Part shown: positions 29,910-40,020 of the stretch, in pieces
How the letters are laid out: each line of letters begins with the position of its first letter
Numbering within the stretch: position 1 is the stretch's first letter
From: an uncultured Eubacteriales bacterium
Lineage (GTDB): Bacteria; Bacillota; Clostridia; Oscillospirales; RGIG7773
Length of the DNA stretch: 56,466 nt
Direction: 5' to 3'
Assembly (NCBI GenBank): GCA_934541205.1
Contig: CAKTDK010000001.1
Span: 1 to 56,466, forward strand
Translations under genes and position numbers: made by a program
Notes under the pieces: generated by a model
Seen by the model: the letters and a program-made list of their open reading frames with translations, nothing else
Databases searched by the model: none
Told to the model about the DNA's origin: nothing

Positions 29910-31112
29910 ATGAAGTATTTAATTTTATTGTGTGACGGAATGGCAGACTATAAAATAGAAAAACTAGGAAATAAAACTCCTATGGAAGCTGCAAAAAAGC
30001 CTGCTATGAATTATCTTGCAAAACATGGGGAAGTAGGGCTTGTCAAAACTGTTGATGATACGCTTTCACCGGGAAGCGACGTGGCTAATCTTTCTGTTAT
30101 GGGATATGATCCTTTGTTATATTATTCGGGAAGATCTCCTCTTGAAGCTGCAAGTATAGGAATAGATTTGGGAGAAAAAGATATTGCAAGCCGTTGCAAT
30201 CTTGTTACTTTATCAGAAGATTCTGATTTTTACAATAAAACTATGATAGACTATTGCGCTGGGGATATTTCTACTGATGAAGCGGATGAATTAATAAAGT
30301 TTTTACAAAATAAACTTGGAAATGAGAAATTTCATTTTTATACTGGGATAAGTTACAGACATTGTCTTGTGTATAGAAATTCAGAGATAGACATTGGAAA
30401 ACAAACTCCGCCTCATGATATATTAGATCGAAAAATTGCCGATTATATGCCTGAATTTAAAGAGTTTGAGAATCTGATGAAAAAAAGTTATGAACTTTTA
30501 AAAAATCATCCTGTAAATTTAAAAAGAACAAAAGAAGGTAAAAATCCTGCTAATTGTATATGGCTATGGGGTTCCGGATATAAAAAATCATTACAAAGCT
30601 TTAAAGATAAAACAGGCTTTACAGGAACTATGATTTCTGCTGTTGATCTTTTAAAAGGAATAGGCAAGCTTGCTGATATGAATGTTGTGGAAGTAAACGG
30701 AGCAACCGGATATATAGATACGAATTTTGAGGGTAAAAAAGATGCTGCTGTAAAGGCTTTTAATGATGGAAGCGATTTTGTTTATTTACATATTGAGGCT
30801 CCTGATGAATGCGGACATAGAAATGAAATGGAAAATAAAATAAAGTCTATTGAAATTATTGATGAAAAAGTATTAAAGCCTTTAATAGAAGAACTTGAAA
30901 AATACGATAATTATAAGATTATGATTTTACCTGACCATGCAACTCCTATTGCGGTTAGAACTCATACAAGAGATGCAGTTCCTTATTTGATATATGAAAA
31001 AAATAAAAAAACTGAAAATGACTTTGATAACTTCTGTGAAGAAACTGCAGAAACTACTGGAAATTATGTAAAAAAAGGCTGTGAAATTATAAATAAGTTT
31101 TTAGATATATAA
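29910..31112 (+). CDS. apgM: Cofactor-independent phosphoglycerate mutase, archaeal/ApgM type
   Basis: MKYLILLCDGMADY N-terminus and the metal-site motif HIEAPDECGH. GAAAGGGA RBS 10 nt upstream. The track ORF starts earlier, at 29847. Confidence 0.8.
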   Translation: MKYLILLCDGMADYKIEKLGNKTPMEAAKKPAMNYLAKHGEVGLVKTVDDTLSPGSDVANLSVMGYDPLLYYSGRSPLEAASIGIDLGEKDIASRCNLVTLSEDSDFYNKTMIDYCAGDISTDEADELIKFLQNKLGNEKFHFYTGISYRHCLVYRNSEIDIGKQTPPHDILDRKIADYMPEFKEFENLMKKSYELLKNHPVNLKRTKEGKNPANCIWLWGSGYKKSLQSFKDKTGFTGTMISAVDLLKGIGKLADMNVVEVNGATGYIDTNFEGKKDAAVKAFNDGSDFVYLHIEAPDECGHRNEMENKIKSIEIIDEKVLKPLIEELEKYDNYKIMILPDHATPIAVRTHTRDAVPYLIYEKNKKTENDFDNFCEETAETTGNYVKKGCEIINKFLDI

Positions 31113-31232
31113 TTTTTTGTCAGAAAAAAATTATTTTGAAGTTGAAAAATTTTTTATATGAAAAATAATATTAGTTGTTAAAAATATAAATTTTTGTATT
31201 TCTAAAGCCTTTTCAATGTATAATAATAAATA

Positions 31233-31265
31233 AAAATACACGGAGTATTATACTTCGTGTATTTT
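31233..31265. terminator. Bidirectional terminator between convergent apgM and cotJC
   Basis: aaaatacacggagta / tacttcgtgtatttt hairpin with flanking A and T runs. Confidence 0.7.
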
Positions 31266-31279
31266 TATTTATTATTATA

Positions 31280-31879
31280 CTAACATCTATCAAATTCCGG
31301 ATTGAAAGCATAAAAGTTTCTGCTGTCAAGATGTTCCTGAGCAATTCTTAAAGATTCGCCGAAACGCTGATAATGAACTATTTCTCTTTCTCTCAGATAT
31401 TTAATAGGATCAAGTACATCCGGATCATCAACAAGACGTATAATATTATCATAAGTTGTACGGGCTTTTTGTTCTGCTGCCATATCCTCATGTAAATCTG
31501 TTATTACATCGCCTTTTGATGCAAATACTGTAGAAGTAAATGGCATTCCGGAAGCAGCACAAGGCCATAACCCGGTTGTATGATCAACAAAATAAGTGTC
31601 AAATCCGCTCTGTTTAATTTGTTCTATACTAAGATTTTTGGTTAACTGATAAACTATTGTAGAAACAATCTCCATATGAGCAAGCTCTTCGGTTCCGATA
31701 TCAGTTAAAATGCCGGTAATTTCTTTGTAAGGCATTGTGTATCTTTGAGATAAATATCTTAAAGAAGCGGCAAGTTCACCGTCGGGACCGCCAAATTGGC
31801 TTATTACAATTTGTGCCGTTTTTGCATTTGGAGTTTTTATATTTACAGGGTATTGTAATCTTTTCTCATAATTCCACAT
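31280..31879 (-). CDS. cotJC: Spore coat protein CotJC (manganese-catalase family)
   Basis: 199 aa. MWNYEKRLQYPVNI...GGPDGELAASLRYLSQRY is typical of CotJC. Confidence 0.9.
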   Translation of the reverse strand: MWNYEKRLQYPVNIKTPNAKTAQIVISQFGGPDGELAASLRYLSQRYTMPYKEITGILTDIGTEELAHMEIVSTIVYQLTKNLSIEQIKQSGFDTYFVDHTTGLWPCAASGMPFTSTVFASKGDVITDLHEDMAAEQKARTTYDNIIRLVDDPDVLDPIKYLREREIVHYQRFGESLRIAQEHLDSRNFYAFNPEFDRC

Positions 31880-31883
31880 AATA

Positions 31884-32159
31884 TTACACCTCGTTTTGCC
31901 ATGGCCATGGTTTATCTATCCAATCCCAACGGCCGTTTGTACTTGCACTGTCAGCTGTTATAGGTCCAAATTTTGCTTCATATTCCATTAAACATTCATC
32001 TCTTTGCATACGGGCATTTTCAAAAACTTTTAATCCTTCTTCATCCTCAGGATGGGTGTCAAGATATAATTTCATATCATCAAGGATAAAATTTGCCTGC
32101 ATAAGACTTCTCATTAAAGCTTCTCTGTCATTACACATCATAATCTGCCTCCTCTGCAT
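31884..32159 (-). CDS. cotJB: Spore coat protein CotJB
   Basis: 91 aa. The LMQANFILDDMKLYLDTHPED pattern, and its position between cotJA and cotJC. Confidence 0.8.
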   Translation of the reverse strand: MQRRQIMMCNDREALMRSLMQANFILDDMKLYLDTHPEDEEGLKVFENARMQRDECLMEYEAKFGPITADSASTNGRWDWIDKPWPWQNEV

Positions 32160-32440
32160 CCTTCTAATGGGAGAACTAATTCAGGAAAGATTGTTCCTTG
32201 ATATAAAGCAGTCTGGCAGTCAAACAAAGTATTTATTCTCTGCATAGGAACATAAGCCATTGCCAATGGTAGATCATCAACACATGATGCATCAATTATG
32301 GTTTTTTCTCTTTTCATTACTGTACATTTATTTACGTTACAGCCGCAATTCATTTGGTTTTGAAACATATTTTGACGATTATTATTCATAAAATTATCTG
32401 AATTGTTATTTCTATACATCTGATTTCTGTAATTTTCCAA
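32138..32440 (-). CDS. cotJA: Spore coat-associated protein CotJA
   Basis: 100 aa. LAMAYVPMQ...GTIFPELVLP is a CotJA signature. The start codon is uncertain. Confidence 0.7.
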   Translation of the reverse strand: MENYRNQMYRNNNSDNFMNNNRQNMFQNQMNCGCNVNKCTVMKREKTIIDASCVDDLPLAMAYVPMQRINTLFDCQTALYQGTIFPELVLPLEGCRGGRL

Positions 32441-32599
32441 TATGTTTATCTCCTTTCATAAAATTTTTGAGCGGAAAATTATGACTCATAGTATAATATG
32501 ATGTATTTATGTTTTTGTGATTGGGTAAAATAATTTATAAAGATATTTACTAAACATGATTGTTTTTGAAAGATTTTTATAAAATTTGATTAAAAATGA

Positions 32600-32628
32600 T
32601 TGACAATGACTGAAAATGGTGGTATTAT
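32600..32628 (+). promoter_or_regulatory. Putative sigma-A promoter of the fructose operon
   Basis: TTGACA (32600-32605), 17 nt, TATTAT (32623-32628). Repeated (a)tgattg motifs lie just upstream. Confidence 0.5.
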
Positions 32629-32649
32629 ATACACAAAGAGGTGATATAT

Positions 32650-33402
32650 ATGTTAACAGAGGATCGTCATAAAGCAATTTTGGAAATAGTCAGACAAAAA
32701 GGATCGGTTACAGTAACGGAGCTTACAGAGCTTCTCAACATTTCTGAATCTACTGTAAGAAGAGATCTTTCTTTTTTAAACACTATGGGAAAACTTAACA
32801 AAGTTCATGGCGGCGCAACAGCAATAGAAGATAGCAGAAGCACACTTGATTTTGATATTTCTCTTCGTATGGATATGAATCGTGAGGAGAAAGAAAAGAT
32901 AGCAAAATATGCCGCTTCATTTATTCAAGAAGATGATTTTGTATATATAGATGCAGGTTCTACGACTGAAATATTAATTGAGTATATATCACAAAAAAAT
33001 GCATCTTATATAACAAATGGTATTTCTCATGCAAAAAAACTTATATCAAAGGGATTTAAAACATTTATTATCGGCGGAGAAATTAAGGCTGTAACGCAAG
33101 CGGTAGTTGGAACTGAGGCTGTAAAAGCTATAGAAAGATATAATTTTACGTTAGGTTTTTTCGGGACTAACGGCGTTGATATAAAATCAGGATATACAAC
33201 TCCTGATGTAAACGAGGCGTTAATAAAAGAAAAAGCTTTTGAAAAATGTAAAAATCCAGTAATTCTTTGTGACAGTACAAAATTCGGAAAAGTATCTTGT
33301 GTATCATTTGGAAAAATAAACAGAGGAAAAATAATTACCACCGAAACAAATAATAAAAAACTCAAAGAAAGTGCCAATATTGTGGAGGTAGACAAATTAT
33401 GA
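32650..33402 (+). CDS. fruR: DeoR family repressor of the fructose operon
   Basis: DeoR HTH (VTVTELTELLNISESTVRRDL) plus a sugar-binding domain. The ATG at 32650 follows AGAGGTGA; the track ORF uses GTG 32641. Confidence 0.85.
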   Translation: MLTEDRHKAILEIVRQKGSVTVTELTELLNISESTVRRDLSFLNTMGKLNKVHGGATAIEDSRSTLDFDISLRMDMNREEKEKIAKYAASFIQEDDFVYIDAGSTTEILIEYISQKNASYITNGISHAKKLISKGFKTFIIGGEIKAVTQAVVGTEAVKAIERYNFTLGFFGTNGVDIKSGYTTPDVNEALIKEKAFEKCKNPVILCDSTKFGKVSCVSFGKINRGKIITTETNNKKLKESANIVEVDKL

Positions 33403-34304
33403 TTTATACAGTTACTTTTAATCCGTCTTTGGATTATACCGTTAAAGTTGATAACTTTACTTTGGGAAAAGTGAACAGAACAAGCGGAGAAAGTTATTTT
33501 TCGGGAGGAAAAGGCATAAATGTTTCCGCAGTTTTAAACAATCTTGAAATTGAGAATATCGCTCTTGGGTTTTCAGCAGGGTTTGTAGGAGATGAGATTC
33601 TTAAAAGGGCTGAAAAATCAGGGATAAAAACTGATTTTATAAAGCTTGAAAAAGGCATATCAAGAATAAATCTAAAATTAAAATCTGATGCAGAAACCGA
33701 AATAAATGCAAAGGGTCCTGATATTACCAAAAATGATATGGAAAAGCTTTTTAAAAAGCTTGATAATTTAAAAGATGGGGATTATCTTGTTCTTGCCGGA
33801 AGTATTCCTGATTCTCTTGAGCAAAACACTTATGAAAATATTATGAAAAAACTGTCCGACAGAAAAATCAATATAGCAGTTGATGCAACAAAAGAGCTTT
33901 TATTAAATGTTATGAAATATCATCCTTTTGTGGTAAAACCAAATAATCATGAACTTGGAGAAATATTTAATACAGAAATAAAAAGCGAAAAAGAAGCTTT
34001 TTATTATGCAAAAGAACTCCAAAAAATGGGCGGCAGAAATATAATAATTTCTATGGCGGAAAAAGGAGCCATATTTGTAGATGAAAATGGAAATGAGAGC
34101 AGATGTCCTGCAATAGGAGGAAAAGCAAAAAATTCAGTAGGAGCTGGAGATTCTATGGTAGCGGGCTTTATAGCAGGATATATAAAATATAATGATTTTA
34201 ACAAGGCGTTTAAACTTGGAGCTGCATCAGGCAGCGCAACGGCTCTTTCGGAAACGCTTGGAACAAAAGAAGAAATAATGAATCTATATAATTCAATAAT
34301 ATGA
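33399..34304 (+). CDS. fruK: 1-phosphofructokinase
   Basis: 301 aa of the PfkB family. MIYTVTFNPSLDY start and GAGDSMVAGF motif. 4-nt overlap with fruR. Confidence 0.9.
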   Translation: MIYTVTFNPSLDYTVKVDNFTLGKVNRTSGESYFSGGKGINVSAVLNNLEIENIALGFSAGFVGDEILKRAEKSGIKTDFIKLEKGISRINLKLKSDAETEINAKGPDITKNDMEKLFKKLDNLKDGDYLVLAGSIPDSLEQNTYENIMKKLSDRKINIAVDATKELLLNVMKYHPFVVKPNNHELGEIFNTEIKSEKEAFYYAKELQKMGGRNIIISMAEKGAIFVDENGNESRCPAIGGKAKNSVGAGDSMVAGFIAGYIKYNDFNKAFKLGAASGSATALSETLGTKEEIMNLYNSII

Positions 34305-34339
34305 AAAACTTATAAAATATCAGCAAAGGAGAAAAAACA

Positions 34340-36241
34340 ATGAAAATTACTGATTTACTGACAACATCCCGTATTGATTTAAACGGAAGATCAGCTACCA
34401 AAGAAAACACTATTGATTCATTGGCAGAGCTTATGTATTCTTCGGGCGTTTTAAATGATAAAGAAGAATATAAGGCAAAAGTTTTGGAGAGAGAAAAAGA
34501 AGGAACCACAGGAATAGGTGAAGGAGTCGCTATTCCTCATGCAAAAACATCTGCCGTTAAAGAAGCAGCGCTTGCGGCAATGGTAATAAAAGAGGGAACA
34601 GAATTTGATTCTCTTGACGGTCAAAAAGTAAATCTTATATTTATGATTGCAGCGCCCGAGGAAGCAAAAAATTTGCATCTTGATGTACTAGGAAAATTAT
34701 CAGTGCTTTTAATGGATGAAACTTTCCGTCAAAAGCTTATAAATGCTTCTTCCTCCCAAGAATTTTTAAGTATCATAGATAAAGCAGATAGTGAAAATGA
34801 GGAAGAAGAAAAACAGGATAACGATGGATATGTTTTACTTGGAGTTACCGCTTGTCCTACTGGAATAGCCCATACTTATATGGCGGCTGAAAGCCTTTTG
34901 GAAAAATCCACTCAAAAGGGAATAAAAATGAAGGTGGAAACAAATGGTTCCAGTGGCGTCAAAAACAGACTTACAAATGAGGAAATTAAAAATGCAAAAG
35001 CAATTATAGTTGCGGCGGATACTGAGGTTGAAACTGCACGTTTTGACGGAAAAAGGGTTATTATGTGCAGTGTTGCCGACGGTATTAATAAAGCTGACAG
35101 TCTTATTGAAAAAGCTATGAGCGATAATGTATCTGTATATCATGCTTCAAAAGGAGAAAAAAGCGTTTCTTCTGAAGATTCTTCAAAACAAAGCGTAGGA
35201 AGACAAATATATAAGCATCTTATGAACGGAGTATCTCATATGCTGCCCTTTGTAATCGGCGGCGGAATTTTAATTGCCCTTGCATTTTTGGCAGATACAA
35301 TTCTTGCTCCAAACGGACCTGCTGATTCTTTCGGTAAAAATACTGCTATATCTATGTTTCTAAAAGGCAGTGTAGGTGAAGTTGCTTTTGGATTTATGCT
35401 TCCTGTTCTTGCGGGATATATAGCTATGAGCATAGGCGATAGACCGGCGCTTGCGGTTGGATTTGTTGGCGGTATGATGGCAAATTTGGGAGGAGCCGGA
35501 TTTTTAGGGGCTCTTGTTGCAGGATTTTTGGCAGGTTATATTATAGTTTTTTTAAAGAAAATATGCTCGTATCTTCCTGACAGTCTTGAAGGTATTAAAC
35601 CCGTTCTTATCTATCCTTTGGTAGGTATATTTATTATAGGACTTTTAATGCAGTTTGTTATAAATCCGCCGGTAAGTTTTTTAAACGGACTTGTGACAAA
35701 AGGACTTGAAGCAATGGGAAGTACAAGCAAAGTTCTTCTTGGGATAATTCTTGCCGGTATGATGGCGGTAGATATGGGAGGACCTATAAACAAAGCGGCT
35801 TATGTTTTCGGAACAGCTTCTTTACTTGTAGGAACAACAGCAGTTTCAAGCTCATATATGGCGGCTGTTATGATAGGCGGTATGGTACCTCCTCTTGCAA
35901 TAGCTCTTTGTGCAACATTTTTTAAAAACAGGTTTACAAGAAAAGACAGACAATCAGCTTTTGTGAATTATATAATGGGATTATCTTTTATCACAGAAGG
36001 AGCAATTCCTTTTGCAGCAGCAGATCCTTTGAGAGTAATTCCATCATGCGTTGTTGGAAGTGCGGTAGCAGGCGGATTATCAATGCTTTTCGGATGCAGT
36101 ATTCCGGCTCCTCATGGAGGACTTTTTGTAATCCCGGTTGTTCAAAATCCTCTTATGTATGTGGTTGCTTTAATTGCAGGATCACTTGTGGGAATGCTTA
36201 TGCTTGCTCTTTTGAAAAAACCTATAAAAGAAAAAGATTAA
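34340..36241 (+). CDS. fruA: PTS fructose transporter subunit IIABC
   Basis: 633 aa. EIIA (GEGVAIPHAK), EIIB (GVTACPTGIAHTYMAAE) and a polytopic EIIC. Confidence 0.9.
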   Translation: MKITDLLTTSRIDLNGRSATKENTIDSLAELMYSSGVLNDKEEYKAKVLEREKEGTTGIGEGVAIPHAKTSAVKEAALAAMVIKEGTEFDSLDGQKVNLIFMIAAPEEAKNLHLDVLGKLSVLLMDETFRQKLINASSSQEFLSIIDKADSENEEEEKQDNDGYVLLGVTACPTGIAHTYMAAESLLEKSTQKGIKMKVETNGSSGVKNRLTNEEIKNAKAIIVAADTEVETARFDGKRVIMCSVADGINKADSLIEKAMSDNVSVYHASKGEKSVSSEDSSKQSVGRQIYKHLMNGVSHMLPFVIGGGILIALAFLADTILAPNGPADSFGKNTAISMFLKGSVGEVAFGFMLPVLAGYIAMSIGDRPALAVGFVGGMMANLGGAGFLGALVAGFLAGYIIVFLKKICSYLPDSLEGIKPVLIYPLVGIFIIGLLMQFVINPPVSFLNGLVTKGLEAMGSTSKVLLGIILAGMMAVDMGGPINKAAYVFGTASLLVGTTAVSSSYMAAVMIGGMVPPLAIALCATFFKNRFTRKDRQSAFVNYIMGLSFITEGAIPFAAADPLRVIPSCVVGSAVAGGLSMLFGCSIPAPHGGLFVIPVVQNPLMYVVALIAGSLVGMLMLALLKKPIKEKD

Positions 36242-36256
36242 GGAGAATATATTATT

Positions 36257-36514
36257 ATGAAGGAATTTAATTTTGTTATAAAGGATCCGTCAGGAATTCA
36301 TGCAAGACCGGCAGGGCAGCTTGTAAAAATTGCATCATCTTATCCCTGCAGTATAAAAATAAAAAAAGGTGATAAAGAAGCTGACGCAAAAAGAATATTT
36401 GCGGTAATGAGTCTTGCTGCGAAACAAAACGAAAGTATAAGATTTGTATTTGACGGCGAAAAAGAAAATGACGCTATGGATGAGATAAAGGAATTTTGCG
36501 AAAATAATCTTTAA
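36257..36514 (+). CDS. ptsH: HPr-type phosphocarrier protein
   Basis: 85 aa with the active-site His motif SGIHARPAG. Confidence 0.85.
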   Translation: MKEFNFVIKDPSGIHARPAGQLVKIASSYPCSIKIKKGDKEADAKRIFAVMSLAAKQNESIRFVFDGEKENDAMDEIKEFCENNL

Positions 36515-36538
36515 TGATTAAGGGGCGGTGAGAAAATT

Positions 36539-38188
36539 ATGACAGAGCTTAAAGGTAAAGGTGTTTACGGCGGAGTTGCTTTTGGGAAAATATATTTTTA
36601 TAATAAAAAAGATGAAAAGGTTGTAAGAAAACATATAGATGATCCCGAAAAAGAAATAAAACGGTTTCAAAATGCAAAAAATAAAGCCATAGAACAGCTT
36701 GGAAATTTATATGAAAAAGCTCTTGTAGAAGTGGGAGAAACAAATGCGATGATTTTTCAGATACATCAAATGATGCTGGAAGATTTGGACTATCTTGATT
36801 CTATAGAAAATCTTATCAGAAATGAAAAATTAAACAGTGAATATGCAGTTGCCATAACTTCCGATAATTTTGCCCAGATGTTTTCTCAGATGGATGATTC
36901 TTATATGAAAGAACGCGCTGCTGATGTAAAGGATATTTCCGAAAGAGTAATAAATATATTAACAGGGAAAAAAAGCGGAGGAATTTCTTCCGACTGTCCT
37001 GTAATAATTGCGGCGGATGACCTTGCGCCCAGCGAAACCGTTCAGATGGATAAAAGCAAAGTACTTGCTTTTGTTACAAGAAAAGGCTCTGTTAATTCTC
37101 ATACCGCTATACTTGCGAGAAATATGAATATTCCTGCTATTGTGGGAATAGGGGATATTTTATCTGACGGTTTTGATAATCAGGATGCTATAGTAGATGG
37201 AACTTCCGGAACAATATATATAAATCCTGATGAAGACACTGTTTTAAAAATGGAAAAACGCCTTGAAGAAGAAAATCGTCAGAAAATGTATTTGGCTTCT
37301 TTAAAGGGAAAAGAAAATATAACCCTCGACGGTAAAAAAATAAATATTTATGCTAATATTGGGGATAAGGATGATGTGGGTCAGGTAATTCTTAATGACG
37401 CAGGAGGGATAGGCCTTTTTAGAAGTGAATTTTTATATTTGGGAAGAGATGATTATCCTTCTGAAGACGAACAGTTTATAGCGTATAAAAGCGTGCTTGA
37501 AAAAATGCCGAAAAAAAAGGTAGTTATTCGTACTTTGGATATAGGAGCGGATAAACAGGTGGATTACTTTAATATGCCTTTAGAAGATAATCCGGCTATG
37601 GGAGTTCGCGCAATAAGAATTTGTTTTGAACGGCCCAAACTTTTTAAAACTCAGTTGAGAGCTTTATACCGAGCTTCTGTTTACGGTACATTATGTATTA
37701 TGTTTCCTATGATAATATCTGTAGAGGAAGTACTTAAGATAAAAGATATAATAAAAAATGTAAAAAAAGAGCTTGACGCTGAAAATATCAGTTACAGCAA
37801 TAATATCGAATTGGGAATAATGATAGAAACGCCCGCTTCGGCGGTAATTTCTGATATTCTTGCAAAAGAAGTGGATTTTTTCAGTGTAGGTACAAATGAC
37901 CTTATTCAGTATACGCTTGCCTGCGACAGGCAAAACAGAAATCTTGACGGATATTATGATGTTCATCATAAAGCAGTTTTAAGGCTTATAAAATTTGCAG
38001 CCGACAACGCCCATAAAAATGGGAAATGGATAGGAATCTGCGGAGAATTGGCAGGAGATTTAAACCTTACGGAAACCTTTCTTGCTATGGGAATAGATGA
38101 ACTTTCAGTATCGCCGGGAAACATTTTAAAATTGAGACAAAAGGTCAGAGAAACCGATGTTTCAAAAATAAAATGTGAATTAATTTAA
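36539..38188 (+). CDS. ptsI: PTS enzyme I (phosphoenolpyruvate-protein phosphotransferase)
   Basis: 549 aa with GSVNSHTAILARNMNIPAIVG (active His) and a C-terminal PEP-utilising domain (FFSVGTNDLIQYT). Confidence 0.95.
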   Translation: MTELKGKGVYGGVAFGKIYFYNKKDEKVVRKHIDDPEKEIKRFQNAKNKAIEQLGNLYEKALVEVGETNAMIFQIHQMMLEDLDYLDSIENLIRNEKLNSEYAVAITSDNFAQMFSQMDDSYMKERAADVKDISERVINILTGKKSGGISSDCPVIIAADDLAPSETVQMDKSKVLAFVTRKGSVNSHTAILARNMNIPAIVGIGDILSDGFDNQDAIVDGTSGTIYINPDEDTVLKMEKRLEEENRQKMYLASLKGKENITLDGKKINIYANIGDKDDVGQVILNDAGGIGLFRSEFLYLGRDDYPSEDEQFIAYKSVLEKMPKKKVVIRTLDIGADKQVDYFNMPLEDNPAMGVRAIRICFERPKLFKTQLRALYRASVYGTLCIMFPMIISVEEVLKIKDIIKNVKKELDAENISYSNNIELGIMIETPASAVISDILAKEVDFFSVGTNDLIQYTLACDRQNRNLDGYYDVHHKAVLRLIKFAADNAHKNGKWIGICGELAGDLNLTETFLAMGIDELSVSPGNILKLRQKVRETDVSKIKCELI

Positions 38189-38216
38189 ATAGAAAAGATA
38201 AAATTACGGACAGTAT

Positions 38217-38253
38217 AAAACAAACCTAATATTACAATATTAGGTTTGTTTTT
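38217..38253 (+). terminator. Rho-independent terminator after ptsI
   Basis: 17-bp stem aaaacaaacctaatatt / aatattaggtttgtttt followed by T. Confidence 0.75.
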
Positions 38254-38326
38254 ACTTTCATTCTAATTTCTATTACTCTATTTCAATTGAACCCTCAATA
38301 CCTGTCATTTTAAACGTTTCCTTATT

Positions 38327-38426
38327 GTCATTTCAAGCTTAGCGAAAAATCTTTTTAAAAATTCTTCGAGGCTTCGACTGCCAGAATGACAAGAAAGTTC
38401 TGTCATTCTGACATGGTAAGTAATCT
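38327..38426. repeat. Second cluster of the same degenerate intergenic repeat family
   Basis: gtcatttcaagcttagcgaaaaatct (38327-38352) faces an inverted partner aaaattcttcgaggcttcgactgccagaatgacaag (38358-38393). A third unit gtcattctgacatggtaagtaatct is at 38402-38426. Confidence 0.5.
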
Positions 38427-38574
38427 ATTTATAGTTGTTTGGTTTTTTCAAAAATGACATAGGAAAAAATCCTCTCAGAACCGCAATAAATAAGAAAAAA
38501 CATCAATAATAAATAAAACAGAGATAATTAAAGAAAAAATAAAAGCTGTTTTATCTTCAAACAACTTTTATTTT

Positions 38575-39234
38575 TTATGCATATTTTTTCCTTTTTATTA
38601 TTTTAAGAAATACGTATACTATATTTGCAAGCATAAACAGGGCGTACAAAGCGCATGTAACAATAAATATACCTGAGCTTACTTCTTTCAGAAGTCCGAA
38701 AACAATGCAAGGTATCATTCCGGGAATGCTTCCCAGATATGTAATAACCGTATATCTTAAAAAATTCATTTTTTTAAATCCTAAAAAAATACTGGCAACG
38801 TCGCTGGGAACTACGGGCAAAGTTCTTGTAAGAAAGCACAGTTCATCCTGTTTGTTGTCACAGATAGTAATTATTTTAGCGATTTTAGGATGATCCTCTA
38901 AAAGTTTATCAAGTTTTTCACCTTTCATGTATCTGCCCATTAAATATCCGATTGACATTTCCAAAATTACGCCGATTGACGCAACTGAAAAAGCGATTAC
39001 CGGATTTTTAAAAATAAATCCGCAGGCAATGCTGAGCACCATATTGGGTATAAACCATGCAATGCATTTCAAAGCAAAAAGCGAAATTATTATAAACGCA
39101 GCAATAATTATTGACCCGGAAGACATATCCAAAATATTTTCGACGGAAATATTTTTTAAATAAGGATAAGAAATAATAATCCCTGCAATTATTAAAGCAT
39201 AGATAATATATTTAAGCCATTTGTTTATTCTCAT
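38575..39234 (-). CDS. TVP38/TMEM64 (DedA-related) family membrane protein
   Basis: Polytopic membrane protein with LTRTLPVVPSDVASIFLGF. The ATG at 39234 is preceded by GAGGT; the track ORF extends to 39282. Confidence 0.65.
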   Translation of the reverse strand: MRINKWLKYIIYALIIAGIIISYPYLKNISVENILDMSSGSIIIAAFIIISLFALKCIAWFIPNMVLSIACGFIFKNPVIAFSVASIGVILEMSIGYLMGRYMKGEKLDKLLEDHPKIAKIITICDNKQDELCFLTRTLPVVPSDVASIFLGFKKMNFLRYTVITYLGSIPGMIPCIVFGLLKEVSSGIFIVTCALYALFMLANIVYVFLKIIKRKKYA

Positions 39235-39411
39235 ATAAAAAACCTCAATTTCAAAAATTGATTTATAAATAACATTATTCAAAATATAAGTTGTCTTATG
39301 AATAATTAAATTTTATCATATTTAAGTTTAAAAATCAAAGTTTTTTCTTGAAGGCAAGAAAGCTTTATGATAAAATATTTAAAGACACTTTTCAACAAAG
39401 GAATAAAAAAT

Positions 39412-39909
39412 ATGAATATCATCCTTATAGGAATGCCCGGAAGCGGGAAAAGTACAGCAGGAGTTTTAGCGGCAAAAGCTCTTTGTATGGAATTTACGGA
39501 TACTGATTTAATTATTCAGAAAAAAGCTGATATAACCTTACAGGAGATTATAAACGTTCATGGAATTGAATATTTTGAAAAATTTGAAGAAAATACGATT
39601 TTAAATTTAAAGTGCAGTAACTGTATTATTGCAACGGGAGGCAGCGTTGTTTATTACCCGAAAGCTATGGAATATCTTAAATCAATAGGCAAAATTCTTT
39701 ATCTGCATTTGGATTTTCAGGAAGTTGAGAAAAGAATCAAAAATATAAATACCAGGGGAATTGTTTTTAAAAGCGGTCAAACGCTTCTTGATATGTATAA
39801 TGAACGAATAAAATTATATAATAAATATTATGACAGAATTATTGACTGCAACGGTAAAACCGTTGAAGAAACTGTAAAAGATATAGTTGATAATTGTTCT
39901 TTTATATGA
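39412..39909 (+). CDS. aroK: Shikimate kinase
   Basis: IILIGMPGSGKSTAG Walker A, FTDTDLII and GGSVV motifs. The start at 39412 has an AAGGA RBS. Confidence 0.8.
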   Translation: MNIILIGMPGSGKSTAGVLAAKALCMEFTDTDLIIQKKADITLQEIINVHGIEYFEKFEENTILNLKCSNCIIATGGSVVYYPKAMEYLKSIGKILYLHLDFQEVEKRIKNINTRGIVFKSGQTLLDMYNERIKLYNKYYDRIIDCNGKTVEETVKDIVDNCSFI

Positions 39910-39939
39910 TAGGTTTTTATATAAAAAACCTATTTTTTT
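39910..39939 (+). terminator. Rho-independent terminator
   Basis: taggttttt / aaaaaccta stem followed by T7. Confidence 0.65.
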
Positions 39940-40020
39940 ATTTATAAAATTGTGTATATTTTTCATTTGTTTACCAATACTATTTATAAGAAATTATAAA
40001 AAATTAAGGAGCAATTTTAT

